From the human T2T-CHM13v2.0 reference genome, Homo sapiens: a DNA stretch of 64,000 nt. The notes beneath the pieces are model-generated. The model saw nothing but the letters and a program-made list of their open reading frames with translations. It did not search any database and was not told the origin of the DNA. Both the position numbers and the translations under genes were made by a program. The stretch is taken from the NCBI RefSeq assembly GCF_009914755.1, contig NC_060932.1; one strand, written 5' to 3'. Below, one piece after another: positions 11,804 through 24,836 of this stretch (its first letter is position 1; each line of letters begins with the position of its first letter).

Positions 11804-12681
11804 TTATAGATGGCTCATCTTCTGGGAACTCTGAAAACACTCGTGAGTTCATATTCACAGCAAGACTTTATTGAAATTGGTGGGTTGTTTAATTATTTCA
11901 AAGATAGAGGTGAGATGTAGAGAAAATGTAAAGTGTTGGCATAGATGAGAGTAGAACCTAGAGCCACTGGCTCCCCATCTGAGGTGTCTTCTAGCAGAGA
12001 CAGTATGACTAAAATTTCATGTATAACGTACTTCCATTCACTATTAAAATAAGTAGTGTTCCTATAGCTTACATTACCTTTTTAGCAGTTTGCTTTTGAG
12101 TATTCTGAGAGTTATAATATGTGGACCACTTAAAATGTCTTCCATAAGTTTCACTCATTCTAAGTGTAGTAATTACGGTGTTTGTAATGTTGCCATGCCA
12201 TGTGAAATTATTTTCTAATATTAAACAACTCTATCATTATGTAGCAGCTGAAACTAAGGTTGAAGTTAGTTTTCTAATATTTAGTCCCATCTGATCTTAC
12301 CTTATGAAAGTTTATTGGAGAGAACTGAAGCATATCCAGTTGGTCCAGAACTGGGGAGAACTGAGTCCTAGTCCTTTGTAGGCCTCTAGTCTAGTAATAT
12401 TCAAGAAATGGTTCTTGAATGTTTCAATAAGTGGATGTTAAATCATCACAGCAATTAACTATAGCTACCAATCATTACTAAACGATTCCTTACCTTTGAA
12501 CAATGTGGTGAATGCTTTAGGAAAATGTATTTTATTCATCTGAAAATTAATCACAAGAAGACATTTTAATGATTCAAATAATATACTGAATTCTGTCCTG
12601 ATTGAATTTGAGTACATGTCAAAAAAATTTTATTTCACAAGATAATTTATATGCAATTAATTTTGAATTTATGGTAATGAT

Positions 12682-14015
12682 TTTTTTTTTAGTTTTGTGA
12701 GAGATAATTTACACGTAAAATTCTTCCTTTTTAGGTATACAGTTCAATGAACTTTGACAAATTTAAGTGATGCAGTTGCCATCACAATCAAGATACATAC
12801 ATACAGAAAATTTCCATAATCTCAAAAGTTTCCTTCAAGTTCCTTTGTAGATAATCCCATCTCCCTTCCCTAGAAACCATTGGTATGATTTATTTTCATC
12901 TAGTTTTGCTTTTTCTATAATGTCATATAAATAAAGCCATCTATATGACAGCCTTTTGAGTCTGGCTTCTTTTAGTTATCATAACATTTTATTTGCTCCA
13001 TCAGCAGGATTTGGTAATTGTCTTTTTAAAAACGTCATTCTATGGCGTGAACCCGGAAGGCCGAGCTTGCAGTGAGCTGAGATCACGCCACTGCACTCCA
13101 GTCTAGGTGACAGAGTGAGACTCCATCTCAAAAAAAAAAAGTCATTCTAATAGGTATACAGTGGTATCTCATTAAATATGCATTTCTCCATTGATAATGA
13201 TATTGAGCAATTTTTTCATGCACCTATTTATTCCAAGGAGCTTCTTTGATAGAGTGTCTTGTTAAAATGTTTTTCTTTCTTTCTTTCTTCTTTTTTTTTT
13301 TTTTTTTTTACTTAGGTTGGTTGTTTTCTTGTTATTGAGTTTTGGAAAGGCTTATATATTCTTGATATCAGTTCTTTATTAGATATATGTTTTGCAAATA
13401 TTTTCTCCCAGTTTGTGTCTCGTTTTTTCATTTTTTAACTTTGTCTTCCAAAGAGAAGATGTTTTTAATTTTGATGAAAGCCAATTTATCAGTTTTTTCT
13501 TTTATGGTTTATGTTTTTTTATGTTACATGTAAGAAATTTTTGCCAAAGCCAAGGTCATAAATATTTTCCTAGAAGTTTTATAGTTTTACATTTCACACT
13601 TAGGTCTATGATTCTTTTTGAGTTAATTTTTATATATTGAGTAAGGTGTGGGTTGAAGTTTATATTTTTGCATATGTATATTCAATTGTTCGGCACTGTT
13701 TGTTGAAGAGACTGGTTTATCCACTGAAATGGTTTCACACTTAGTGAAAAACAGCTTGGCCACATATATGTGGTTTTATGTCTGGACTCTATTTTGTTCC
13801 ACTGATCTATGTGTTTATTTTTTCACCAATAACAGAATGTCTTGGTTTTATGCTAAGTCTTGAAATTAGGTTCTGTGAGTCTTTCAACTTTGTTCTTTTT
13901 CAAAATTATTTTGGTTGTACTAGGTCCTCTGCTTTTTTATATAATTTTTAAAAAATGTATTTCAGCCAGCTTGTTGGTTTCTAAAGCATTCTGCTGGGAT
14001 TTTTATTAGGATAAA
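12682..14015 (-). mobile_element. L1M (MB/MC/ME-type) 3' portion
   Basis: gtatacagttcaatgaactttgacaaa 3' end; antisense ORF2 text ttgcaaatattttctcccag...cacttaggtctatgat...ctgctgggatttttatt. Confidence 0.85.
13042..13140 (+). mobile_element. 5'-truncated AluY (last ~90 nt plus polyA)
   Basis: atggcgtgaacccgg...gagcttgcagtgag Y-type diagnostics; TSD gtcattcta at 13034-13042 and 13141-13149. Confidence 0.9.
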
Positions 14016-15549
14016 TTTTATCAGCCAGAGGAATTTCCTCAGTCCTCTTAAGAAACGTTCCTTCAATTATTCCCTTGCGTCTGCCTCTATTTCTTGTTTC
14101 CATCATCCCCTATATGCTGAGGCTAACGTGCAGTTGATCCAGAATGACAGTAAGGCTATGAAAATAGCATGAAGGTGGTCCTGTGATTGGGACTGCGGTC
14201 TCAGGACTCAGGCTGAGCCTTTAAACATGGGAGAATTAGTGCTGGATAGTAACTCTGGAGGTAGTCAGAGGTGAGAGCAGGCAGTGGGGAGACCAACTTT
14301 GTGCCATTCCTCTGAGTCTCAAGCAGACCGGAGCTAACTTCCTTAGCTTGTTCTACACTCCTCAGAGGAAAGGCATGCCTGCAATGTGAGGAACGGTACT
14401 AGGATTCTTTGACTATTTTAAAGTCTTCTCCTCCCCTTTCTTGCTGCTATTTTGGAAATCTCACTCATCCATCATTTACTCTACTTGTCTCTCCTTCTAT
14501 CCCTTTTATCTTTTTCTTCCATTGCTTTTCCAATTCTTCCTCAAATTTCTAAAGCTCATTAAAAAATAATGCTCTCTAAAGATTAGAAATGTAAAGTAAA
14601 TGTATTTTGGTAGAAATTTTGAGATAAAAAATTAGGCATTAAATTAATCAAAGTTACTGGAATGTGCTGATTGTGATGAATTTTTGGATAAGATGTTCTG
14701 ACAACCTAGGAATGTTTTCCCTGGTTTGACTCCACTGTTAATCCACAACTTCATCTTCAAATAGCAATGTCTCTGTAGTGCATCTTTTACAACTTAGTGG
14801 AATCACTGAGTTTCAGATTTTCTTTCTTCTTCGTGCCTGGCAGCCATGGACCAATTCGTCTGAAAATATGAACATTTGGGGAGGATATTCTTCAGTGACT
14901 CAGCAGGGCAACAGATGGCAAAATGTTTAATGTTTATTTCAAATCCATTTCCATATTGGACTCACATCCAGGAGTGTTTAAAAACATTTTTATTTGGAAA
15001 GAGACCGTTGTTCACTGTCAGACAACAATCTCTGTTTAAAAACATCATCATTTGAATTACAACTTCTTTGACAGGTGTGGGGCAGACACTGCAATTTCAA
15101 GGATCATGAATATGGCTTTCCATCTTCCCTACCTCACACTCTGTTTTACTTATCATGGCTACATTTACAAATGCTGGTTGTTGTGTTTTTATTTTTTTCT
15201 TCTTTTCAGGGGAGGCTTAAGGTCAAAGCTTTATTCCCAGTATTAGAAATAGAAAAGAAATAATGTATTTAATTTGATAAGCTTTGGAAGGTTGTTCTTA
15301 CTATAAATGTTCACAGGTTATTGTGATATGTTTATATTATCTTCCTTTTAGGGCACATGATCATTATCTCAGTCCTTGGGAGTCAGTTTATGAAATCTTG
15401 AGTCACACTTGGACCATTATAAAAGCACAGAGACAGGTAGGACTCTCTGCTGACCCATAATCAATACACACTGACTGTTCAGTCAGCTAATAAATGGGCT
15501 TTCTATTTAGATCTCTTCAGGAAATGGCAATAAACACTGGGTTTTAATG

Positions 15550-15635
15550 GCATTCATTCATTCATGTGTTCATTCATTAATTCATTTATAAAACTCACAT
15601 TGAGCAATTACTACATGCAGGTGTTTATCTGTGCA
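15550..15635 (-). mobile_element. L2 3' end
   Basis: (cattc)n tail then attgagcaattactacatgcagg. Confidence 0.65.
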
Positions 15636-16779
15636 TGAAAACCAAAAACAACAACAAAAAACAAACAAAAAAATACCTACAATCAAAGACTCTGGAGACC
15701 ATTGGATTTAGTGACTTTGTCTATGAGATTTATTCCTATTAAAACATTTATTTTGTTAGATAACCGTCCTTTTGTTTTTGTTTGATGTAACTTTCATTCT
15801 ACTGTGCCTTGAAAAGTATTCAGGAAAGCTGGTTTCATGGCTAACTATCAGAGGCAGATTTACCCTGAAGGATATGAAACTTGTATTTCAGAGCCTCTCT
15901 TGCTTGCACAGATCCCCTTTAAGGCTCATGCAGGGATTCTATAAATGGATTTATATGATCATAGTCTTCGTAAAATATGCAAGGATATTGCATTTGATCA
16001 AGACTGTCTCCACTTTGAACTTTCCTCTGTCATTCTGCTCATGTCAGATGGCAATGAAGTGCTGTGGATATTTTGGGGATACAGCTAAGTAAGAGTTCAG
16101 TTGGGGTTCACTTGGCTTGGTTTTTGCAAGATATATTTAGTTTGTAGTCTCATGAACAGTTTTCTAGCTGTTTCATGTAGGAATAACATAAGAATATACC
16201 TGCTGATCACTGAAATGACTCCCTGAGTGTTTGAACATGGAGTTGCAAGATGGGAAGTCATGGTACAGAGCAGTGCTTGGCATGAGAAGCAAGTGGTATG
16301 GAGGAGAAACAAAGTTTGAAGTGTAGGCAGCCAGAAGCGATCTGTGGAAAATTCTTAAAAACGCTTAGTGTGCAAAATTGTAAGAAATAGACTTAATTAT
16401 CATCAATGCATAAGTAAAATGTTTCTCTCCCCTGATGAAATTATCTTCTCTAATGCAGCACATGCATTTGTAAATGCATCATATGGTCTTTTATTTCTAT
16501 TTATAGGAACTGCATAAAACAGAATTTATCAGAATTTTAATATTTGTGGGGCAGAAACTATAGTTTTACTATAAATAGATAATATATTCATGTGACATTG
16601 TATGTTTTATGCATCCTAATGTATTGAATAGCATCTTAGCATGACATTACCGTTAGTAGTAATGAACCTGAAATAAACTTTTCTAAGATATCAAGTATAT
16701 CAAATAAATTTTGAGCAGTTATGCTAGAGGAAAACTAATTTTTTTAAAGACAGTTTCTCCATAGAAAATATTACAATAT

Positions 16780-17445
16780 TTTGTGATATGAAGAGGCAAT
16801 CAGAAACAATAGCAAAAAAGTAATATAGAAGGCATACAGATATGTCAGCTATTTAATTAATAAAAATATTATTTTGACTCTCTGGATTTTGTGATTATGG
16901 CTTTGTTAGCTTTTTAAGTTTGTAATTTGTTATAATCTGTTTTCTCATTCTAAGTTAATACTTATATTTCTGCCTAAAATTATAGTAGCAATTTTGCATT
17001 ATTTCTCTTAATGATACCTGATATGGTTTGGCTGTTTCCCTACCCGAATCTCATCTTGAATTGTAACTCCCACAATTCCCACATGTCATGGGAGGAACCT
17101 GGTGGGAAGTAATTCAATCATGGGGGCAGGTCTTTCCTGTGCTGTTCTCATGATAGTTAATACATCTCACAAGATCCGATGATTTTAAAAATGGGAGTTT
17201 CCCTGCACAAGCTCTCTCTTTGCCTGCTGCCATCCATATAAGATGTGGCTTGCTCCTCCTTGCCTTCTGCCATTCTTGTGAGGCTTCCCCAGCCATGTGG
17301 AACTGTAAGTCCATTAAACTGTTTTTCCTATATAAATTACCCAGTCTCAGGTATGTCTTAATACACAGTGTGAAAATGGACTAATGCAATATCTTTCAAA
17401 ACTTTTAAGCCTCAGGCCTCCCAGAAGCGGGATCTGTTCTCTGTT
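16780..17445. mobile_element. Old hAT-type DNA element (MER53-like terminus) split by a THE1 LTR
   Basis: tttgtaatttgtt...ttttctcattctaa... and terminal aagcctcaggcc...ggatctg resemble MER53-family text on both sides of the LTR. Confidence 0.5.
17019..17388 (+). mobile_element. THE1 (C-like) solo LTR, MaLR
   Basis: tgatatggtttggctg...aaaatggactaatgca; 5-bp TSD atacc/atatc. Confidence 0.93.
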
Positions 17446-17697
17446 TGCCCCAGATTTTATTTTATTTGTCCAGTTATTTCTCAAGGAAGAGTAAATCTTT
17501 GGGACCACATCAATTCTATGGAAGGAAATAAAAGGGATTGAGGAGCGGTGCAGTAAAGGGTAAAGACAGGACAAAAACAGGAGTTCATGGGTTGAACAGT
17601 TGAATCGTTGATGTAAAGGTGATGAAGAATTGAGAGAAAGGAAACATGGTAAGAAGAATGGCAATGGGGACATAGAAGAGTGAGACAGCAAATCTCA

Positions 17698-17885
17698 CTA
17701 GCTTAGCAGAAAGAGTGCAGAAGTTGGAATCAGGAAGTAAGTTCCCTAACCTGTCCAGCTGTGTGGCCTTGATCAATTAACTTACAGACTCTGGGCTTCC
17801 AGTTTCTTCCTTTGTAAAATGAAGATGATAGTAATTACCCTGCCCAATAGAATTGTTGTCAAGATTAAAGACCAAATACATCACA
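17698..17885 (+). mobile_element. MIR
   Basis: gctgtgtggccttg...cagtttcttcctttgtaaaatgaagatgatagtaa. Confidence 0.8.
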
Positions 17886-18764
17886 CCTACAGCCCATAGC
17901 AGGGCCTCATTGCTGTTCCCACTGTGGTTGATCCAGTGGAACTCTGTGGGGGAGGGGAGGAAGGTACAGCAAAATGCAGAACTTCAGATCTCATGAAAAA
18001 CATGAGAGGCAAACGTGAAGTGAAAATGAAGCCAGGAATTGTCCACTTATGAAGGGAAATGAGAGGAAGGCTAAAGCAGGAAGGAGGCTGATTAGAAAAG
18101 GTACGAGATGATTTGGGATATGTAAGGTCAAAGAGGAGGACGGAGAAAACGGATTTTTCATAATCTAACTTCCATTCAGTGGAACGAGAAGAAAAATGAT
18201 GCCTCTTTGATGGAAGTGGCAGAGTGGTGCTGGAGAAGCTTCACAGGGCTCTCAGGTCAAAACATTTGAAAGTGGTGTTAACAGGTGTGCTTGTTAACAG
18301 GTGTGCTTGTTTGGCCAGAAGGGTGATTGCCAATGTGTGTGCTTCTATCAGGCTGATGAATGGCTGGCTCCAGGGCTCTTGGACAACAGGCTGGAGAATA
18401 TATAAAACCCAGAGGCTACAGTCCGATAATGAAGACTCTAGGTTAACATGGGATTTTGCCATTAAATATTGGGGTGAGATAACAAAAATTTCATTTGTAT
18501 CTGGTCAATTGTTATTCTTACTGAAGTTGGTGGGGTTGGAGGAAATAATAAGACAGTAAAATAATGAAAAAAGAAATTAATCACAGGAAAATAGCATGTT
18601 ACCTTTAGGGATTAAAAATGTATTCCAGGTAGCTTTTGCTTTAAGAATAGTTAATTTCGAAAGGACAACTTTGCAGTCCATGAATTAGAACCTACATATT
18701 TACATGTTCCATTTACAAAGAGATGGAAAATGGAATTCCTTTAAAATTCATCTTGCTTACAATG

Positions 18765-19110
18765 CTCAAAATGTCCTCTCAACCCTCTTCTTTGACTAGG
18801 CCTCGGCATTGGCTATCATTCTTGGTCGGCCTCCATAGCAAGAATCCTGTGAAGTCAGTTTAGTGAGAATCTCCCCAACCTTGATATCTGATCATTCTTG
18901 ATACCCGGGTCAAATTCCCCATTCCCCTACTTTCCGTATCTGATTACCTAGGCCTCCCTTCAGCAAGAGTCCTGTTAGGTCAGTGTAGCAAGAACTCCTA
19001 CTACCCGTGATATCTTCTTTTAGTAATTTTCTATACACCCTTTCCCCCACACCTCTCCCCACTCCATACCCCCAACGTGCTCCCCAGCTATAAATTTGTT
19101 CTTGTTCAGC
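18765..19110 (+). mobile_element. MER31-type ERV1 LTR, partial
   Basis: ccctcttctttgactaggcctc...agcaagaatcctg..aagtcagtttag..agaatc...cttgatatctgatca with its internal repeat. Confidence 0.7.
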
Positions 19111-19269
19111 TCTGATTTTCACGGACAAATGTAATGTTGTGAAAGGAAATTGTCATGACCACCTCTGTCTGGGTTAGTAGCAATCCACTGTGTTCAGCAC
19201 TGGATACATCCTTACCTGAATAATTTTAATAACACTCATACTTGCCTCTTGTATACAATTAAGAATTTC

Positions 19270-19440
19270 AGAAGCTTTCACATATATTACTTTCTCCCCA
19301 CAATGAACCTTGTGACATAGGCAGGGATCTTACAGATGAGGGGACTGAGAGAATAGAGAGTTCCTCATCTTGGCAAGGGTCCTTCAGCTAGTGATAGCAG
19401 GGCTAGATAGAGGTTTCCAGAATCCTCATTGAGTGCTTCA
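19270..19440 (-). mobile_element. MIR
   Basis: ttacagatgaggggactgag...cagctagt. Confidence 0.7.
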
Positions 19441-19481
19441 AGTTACAATTGAATTGTAAAATGTAAAAGAGAAATAGAGTA

Positions 19482-20207
19482 TGTGAGAGACCAGAATATG
19501 CTACCCCAAAATATAAAGGATTGTTGAGCTGAAGACAATTTAGAAGAAGCAGACACAGAACAGCTCTCTGGTCTCCCTCTGTTTGCCTAAATGCAGGGCA
19601 TGGATTTATAAAAAAGAACGGTATCTCATACCATTATTAGTTGTCAATTTTAAAAATAAAATAAAACATATAAGTAAATAGCAAAAGGGGTATCCTGCCT
19701 CTCTCTCTGCCAGAGAGAACAAAGGTTAACCACTAAAATCAGCTTTGGACCCCTATTAGCCTTGCGATGGCATCAGAAGAAACTACATTAACAAGCTTTA
19801 CTAACTAGCCTTATCTGCCAGTTATTTGCCTTTTCTCAAGCTGCCACCTGTAGAGACTCAAAGTCCTCTTCCTTTGTCTTGCCACCTCTCTAAAAATGTA
19901 CTGTTCTGTGTTGAAGATGCTATATAAGCTGGAATTCAAAGCCACCTCTTTGAGAACTACCCATTCTCTGGGTGTCTCCCATGTATATATGAAATATACA
20001 GCAAACCACCACGGCACATGTAACAAACCTATGTAACAAACCTGCAAGTTCTACACATGTATCCTAGAACTTAGGTAAAATAAAAAAAATATATATATAT
20101 GTATACACATTAAGAAACTTCTTTTTGCTTTTCACTTGTTAATCTGTCTTTTGTATCAGGAGTGGATTCTAACTAAGAACCTATGGGGGTTATTCTTCAC
20201 CTACCAC
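19482..20207 (+). mobile_element. MER39/MER34-family ERV1 solo LTR with two nested L1 tails
   Basis: tgtgagagaccagaatatgctaccccaaaatat...ttgagctgaagac start; cttgttaatctgtcttttgt near the end. Confidence 0.8.
20001..20089 (+). mobile_element. Ultra-short L1PA 3' end
   Basis: gcaaaccaccacggcac...tgtaacaaacctgca..ttct.cacatgtatcc.agaactta plus A-tail. Confidence 0.9.
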
Positions 20208-20323
20208 TTATCACGGATGTTGTAGCAAAAAGAGCATTGTGATAAAGATGAGTTTGTCTACTTTTAAGCAGGGCAATAAAAGTGTTAGGTAGTGAATCAG
20301 TATGAACTTAGGCATTAGAATGA

Positions 20324-20654
<331 letters not shown>

Positions 20655-22101
20655 CAATCTACATCTTTCACCTAGAGAAAGAAGTTTCAATAGATTTAAC
20701 TTATAACAGAAGATACTTTACTTACACATATCAAGATGAAATCTTGGCTGTAAAGCTGATTATAGGCTCAATGTATGACATCTTCATCACTCTACCAACT
20801 AATGTAAGTATCCACTATTCTCAAACATTGGGTAAAATGCTAGAGGGAAAATGATGGAAAAGATGCAGTGCCTGCCATCTGAAGCTCTTGGCTAGTTTGT
20901 CCAGGAGTGAGACAGTCATCTATTTAGTTACAAAACAGCAAGGAGAGGCATGTTATTCATGTGAGTGGAGTGTGCCGATTGAAAAGAGTCCTTGGTCTGC
21001 TTAGCTGTGTACCTGTCTATGGCAGGAAGCAGAACCAGCTGTTCTCTTTTTTCCAATTCTTTTCTTTCATTGAATCGTAAATCCTGTTTTCACAACGGCC
21101 ACTGTTTCTATTGCTATGGAAATGATGACGATGTATATCACAAATTCAAATATTATGATGTGACTACAGGACTCAAGAGGAGGAAAAGATGAGCTGTCAA
21201 GGGCACAGTTTTCCTCCAAGTCAAATGCCTTTGTTAATGAGCAAGTATGTTAATAAAAAACTATGAAAAGCGTAGGAAAAGGCAATTGGCTGGGAGAATG
21301 GGATGTGTAAATGCGGTTCTTCAGCAGATTTGCCTGTGGTAAGCTCAGCAGGCAAATCATAGCACCTTCCATTAGAGTATTTCTTAAGCCAAAATGCCAT
21401 CCCCCAAAGAACCCAAGAGCTGCAGTCTCCTGTTTTGATGCAAGAGGAGGCTGATAGGTCTTTCTGTGAGTAAAATGGGGGATTAGTTACCCTTTGTCCC
21501 TGGGACATCTCCCTTTCTAGGTGGGAGGTGATGCCTAACATTAGGACCTGCTGAGTTGGCATCAAAATAAACGCTGATAGATATATCATGAGAAAGACCA
21601 CCATCTCTCTGAGCATTTTCAGATTCCTTCTTCTTGGCCTGGGTCTTGGGAAAATTGTCCAAGTACCACTGTGCCCTGCTCTCTTTTTACTTGCCCCCTG
21701 TGAGAGAGTGTTTCAACCCCATTCCTGGAACTCTCTTTCCCCTGCATTAGCAGAGAAATTGCCCATGTGGCTTAACTTTCTGTCTGAGACAGGGTTTTGG
21801 AGAGGCCCTGGAGGTTAGGCTCCAAGGTCGGCAGCAGAGTTTTCATGCAAAGCAACAATCTCTGGTTTAAGCAGAGTTGGCTGTGTGTGTCAGTCTTCCC
21901 CGCCCTCTGGCCTGGTCTTCGAGGATGTCATGGTGAAAGTAAAGAAAACCTTGTTTAGTCTGCACCACAGCCTTGAATAGGCCATAAAAACTCCCCAGGC
22001 TGTGACCAGCCAAACTTGGAACGGCAGATCTCCGCTCGTCACTTGTGCACCTTCCTTGTCACTTCATATTTTGTTTGTTTCTCTCTCCACCTTGGTGGCC
22101 T

Positions 22102-22103
<2 letters not shown>

Positions 22104-22143
<40 letters not shown>
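22104..22143. repeat. (AC)20 microsatellite
   Basis: Direct read. Confidence 0.98.
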
Positions 22144-22145
<2 letters not shown>

Positions 22146-22556
22146 CACCCATCTGGAAGTTACCGTGCTGATGCTATGTTCTGCAAGGGCCCATGCACAC
22201 ATTGATAAAATAATGGGATATATGCATTGCTTTTACCTTTAGGGAACAGGATTAGAAATAGACATTTAGAATTCTAGAAACAAGGTGAAATATTTCTGTG
22301 ATAAAATCCCCTCTTCTGAAACCTCCCACCCCCACTATCAAATAGTAGTGGCTTATACATCTTCATTATGATTTGAAGGACTGTAACACAGGCCTTATTA
22401 GAAACATCTTGATTCCTAATAGTTCCTGAAAAAAATCTCAATACCTGAGCATTGAAAAAAATGTGCTTGAATATAAAGTGGCTGAAAGATTTCTCTGCAT
22501 GGAAGTCCTTGTGTAACTTAGGCAAACTAGAGCAATTCAATTTTTTTTTTTAATCG

Positions 22557-22636
22557 AGAAGAAAAAGGAGAAAGGCAAAGGGGAGGAAAAGGAGGAGGAA
22601 GAGGAGAAGGAGAAGGAATTAAGAAAAAAAAAAAGG
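22557..22636. repeat. GA-rich low-complexity tract
   Basis: Direct read. Confidence 0.85.
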
Positions 22637-23542
22637 GTTTGTTGCTGAGTTGAGAATTTGACTAGAAAGCCAAGGCCCAGCTTGGAGCAGAGTTTTACAG
22701 CTGAGTTATAAACTCTGAAAATAAGGCTTTATAATGGAAATGTTGACAGACTCTCTACTATAACTGGGCTAGCGGATGCCTGCTGTAATGTACTGTGTAA
22801 TTTATAGGAGTCACCTGTTAAGCCATCTGGGAAAGAAAATTTCCCTTCTTTTAAAATGTTAATAACTTGATTAACCTTTTGAACTTCATCTTTATTGCAA
22901 ATGGAGCCCATGCAAGCCAGTTGCTGCTAGATGGCCAATTTGTATTTGCAGATAAAATTTAGGATTAAAACAAAATCCATACTCTGTGGTTTTCTTAGTC
23001 TCACCCTGTGAGAAAATGAGTTGCTAAGGGAGAAGCTGCACCCTGATGGCTTAGAGGAAGTGCTTGCATTCTCACACCAAAGCTGCCTGTGAGTTAGAGA
23101 AGGCATTAGGGCATCTTTGTGTATGAATCCGTGCATACTTTTATCTTCTCTCCTCCATTAGTTTTTTAGGTGAGAAACCAGGAGCTGAGATTCCTCCTAC
23201 CCTTAGGGAAAAAAAAGATATTGTTCACTCTGGAACCTTGACTCTATAACTATTTAATGAATTGCTAAATGGCTCATATATATGGTTTTATGACTTCTCC
23301 GCTTGTAGAGCGCAAGGTCCCCAAACATGAAGTCCCTTGTTTTCTTATATTCCTCCTTTCATGTTTAGTATTGCTCTCATTCTGTATCTTACAGAATAAG
23401 AATTCTTGCAGAATCTCTCTGTGCTCAACATCCACTCCCAAAGAGACCAGCTCCCTAGGCTGAACTCCACCACCTTGCCTCTCTAATTCTCAGGACCCAG
23501 CCATGGGAGTCCTGGACTCTGAAGGAACAAATCTCCCCGAAC

Positions 23543-23888
23543 AATGTAATTTGCAATGACATGGATGAACTTGGAAGACATTATTTTAAGTAAAATTCGC
23601 CAGGCATGGAGAGGCACGTACCACATGATCTCACTCATGTGGAATCTATAAAAGTTGATCTCATGGAAGTGGGAGGGGAATGGTGGTCACTAAGGCCTGG
23701 GATGGCTGCGGGAGGGGAAGATGTTGGTCAAAGGATACAAAATTTCAGTTAGAGGGCAGGAATAAGTTTAAGATATCTGCTGTACAACATGATGACTATA
23801 GTTAATAACTATTATACTATTAATAACAAGAATATATTGTATCCTTGAAAAAGGCTAAGACAGTAGATGTAGTGTTCTCATCTCTCTC

Positions 23889-23939
<51 letters not shown>

Positions 23940-24005
23940 GCGCACACACACACACACACATATATAATTTAAAATGTCATGTTGTACATGATAAATGTAT
24001 ACAAA
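23543..24005 (+). mobile_element. L1MA 3' UTR containing a compound (TC)(TA)n(CA)n microsatellite at 23881-23966
   Basis: acatggatgaacttggaagacatt...gatgttggtcaaaggatacaaaatttcagttaga. Confidence 0.88.
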
Positions 24006-24567
24006 AAGTCTCAGTGAACAAATGTAATGGGGTTAGAATTCCCTCAGACAGCATGGAGCACTTCCATGGATGCTATGTCCATTCCTTGTAGGAAGATTTA
24101 ATACTTTTTGAAGATTAAATTGCTCACCTGGAATTTTCTGATTTGAGAATGCAATTTCAAAGACAGACCAAGGCCTTTTTATCTATTTCTCCTTGTTTGA
24201 TTTCTGTAGACTGATTGTTTTACTGCTAATCTGTGTTACAAGTGTTTTGTGTGAGGGACACATCATTGCCTATAGGACATGGTATTCCCATGTGATCGTC
24301 ATTGGTTAACACGGGAAATCCTTTATGCTTTTCCCCAAGAACACTAAGCAGTTATACCCCCAAGTAGGTCAAATAAAATAATTATCTTAAGAAATGTAAT
24401 CAGGGAAGAGCCCATCATGTTAAGAGACAGCCCCACAGTTTCCTCCAATGCTTCGATCTAAGAGACAATGCTTCCCAAAAGGACATATTGCCAGGAAGAT
24501 ACTTGTCTGATGGGAGTAAGTATCCTTTCGTACCTTCTGGGAGGTGCATTTCTAATATTTCTTAATT

Positions 24568-24678
24568 AAGGCGATCAACCTTCCTGGTTTGCTGGCAACT
24601 CTGTTTTAGTAATGAAAAGTCCTGCATCTGCAAAAAACTCATAAGTCCCAGGCAAACTGGGACAGTTGGCCATCCAAT
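24568..24678. mobile_element. MER81-like hAT-Blackjack MITE
   Basis: Inverted termini caaccttcctggtttgc / ggcaaactgggacagttgg; gaaaagtcctgcatc core. Confidence 0.75.
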
Positions 24679-24681
24679 GAT

Positions 24682-24836
24682 GGGGCTTCCTTGAGAGATG
24701 GTGAGCTCTCTGACACTGGGAACGTCCCCACAAAAGTGGAATGGTTCCCTGCATGGAGGTTGTGGAGGAAGATTGCTATTTTGACAAAAAAGCTGGACTT
24801 TATGATCTCTAAGCATCTTTCTAACTTTAAAATTTA
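24682..24836 (+). mobile_element. CR1/L3 3' end
   Basis: gtgagctctctgacactgg...ctggactttatgatctctaag...tctaactttaaaatt. Confidence 0.6.

Noticed and set aside
14976-15045. tgtttaaaaacat repeated around a weak stem
   Set aside because: Low-complexity AT words with imperfect pairing; not distinguishable from chance.
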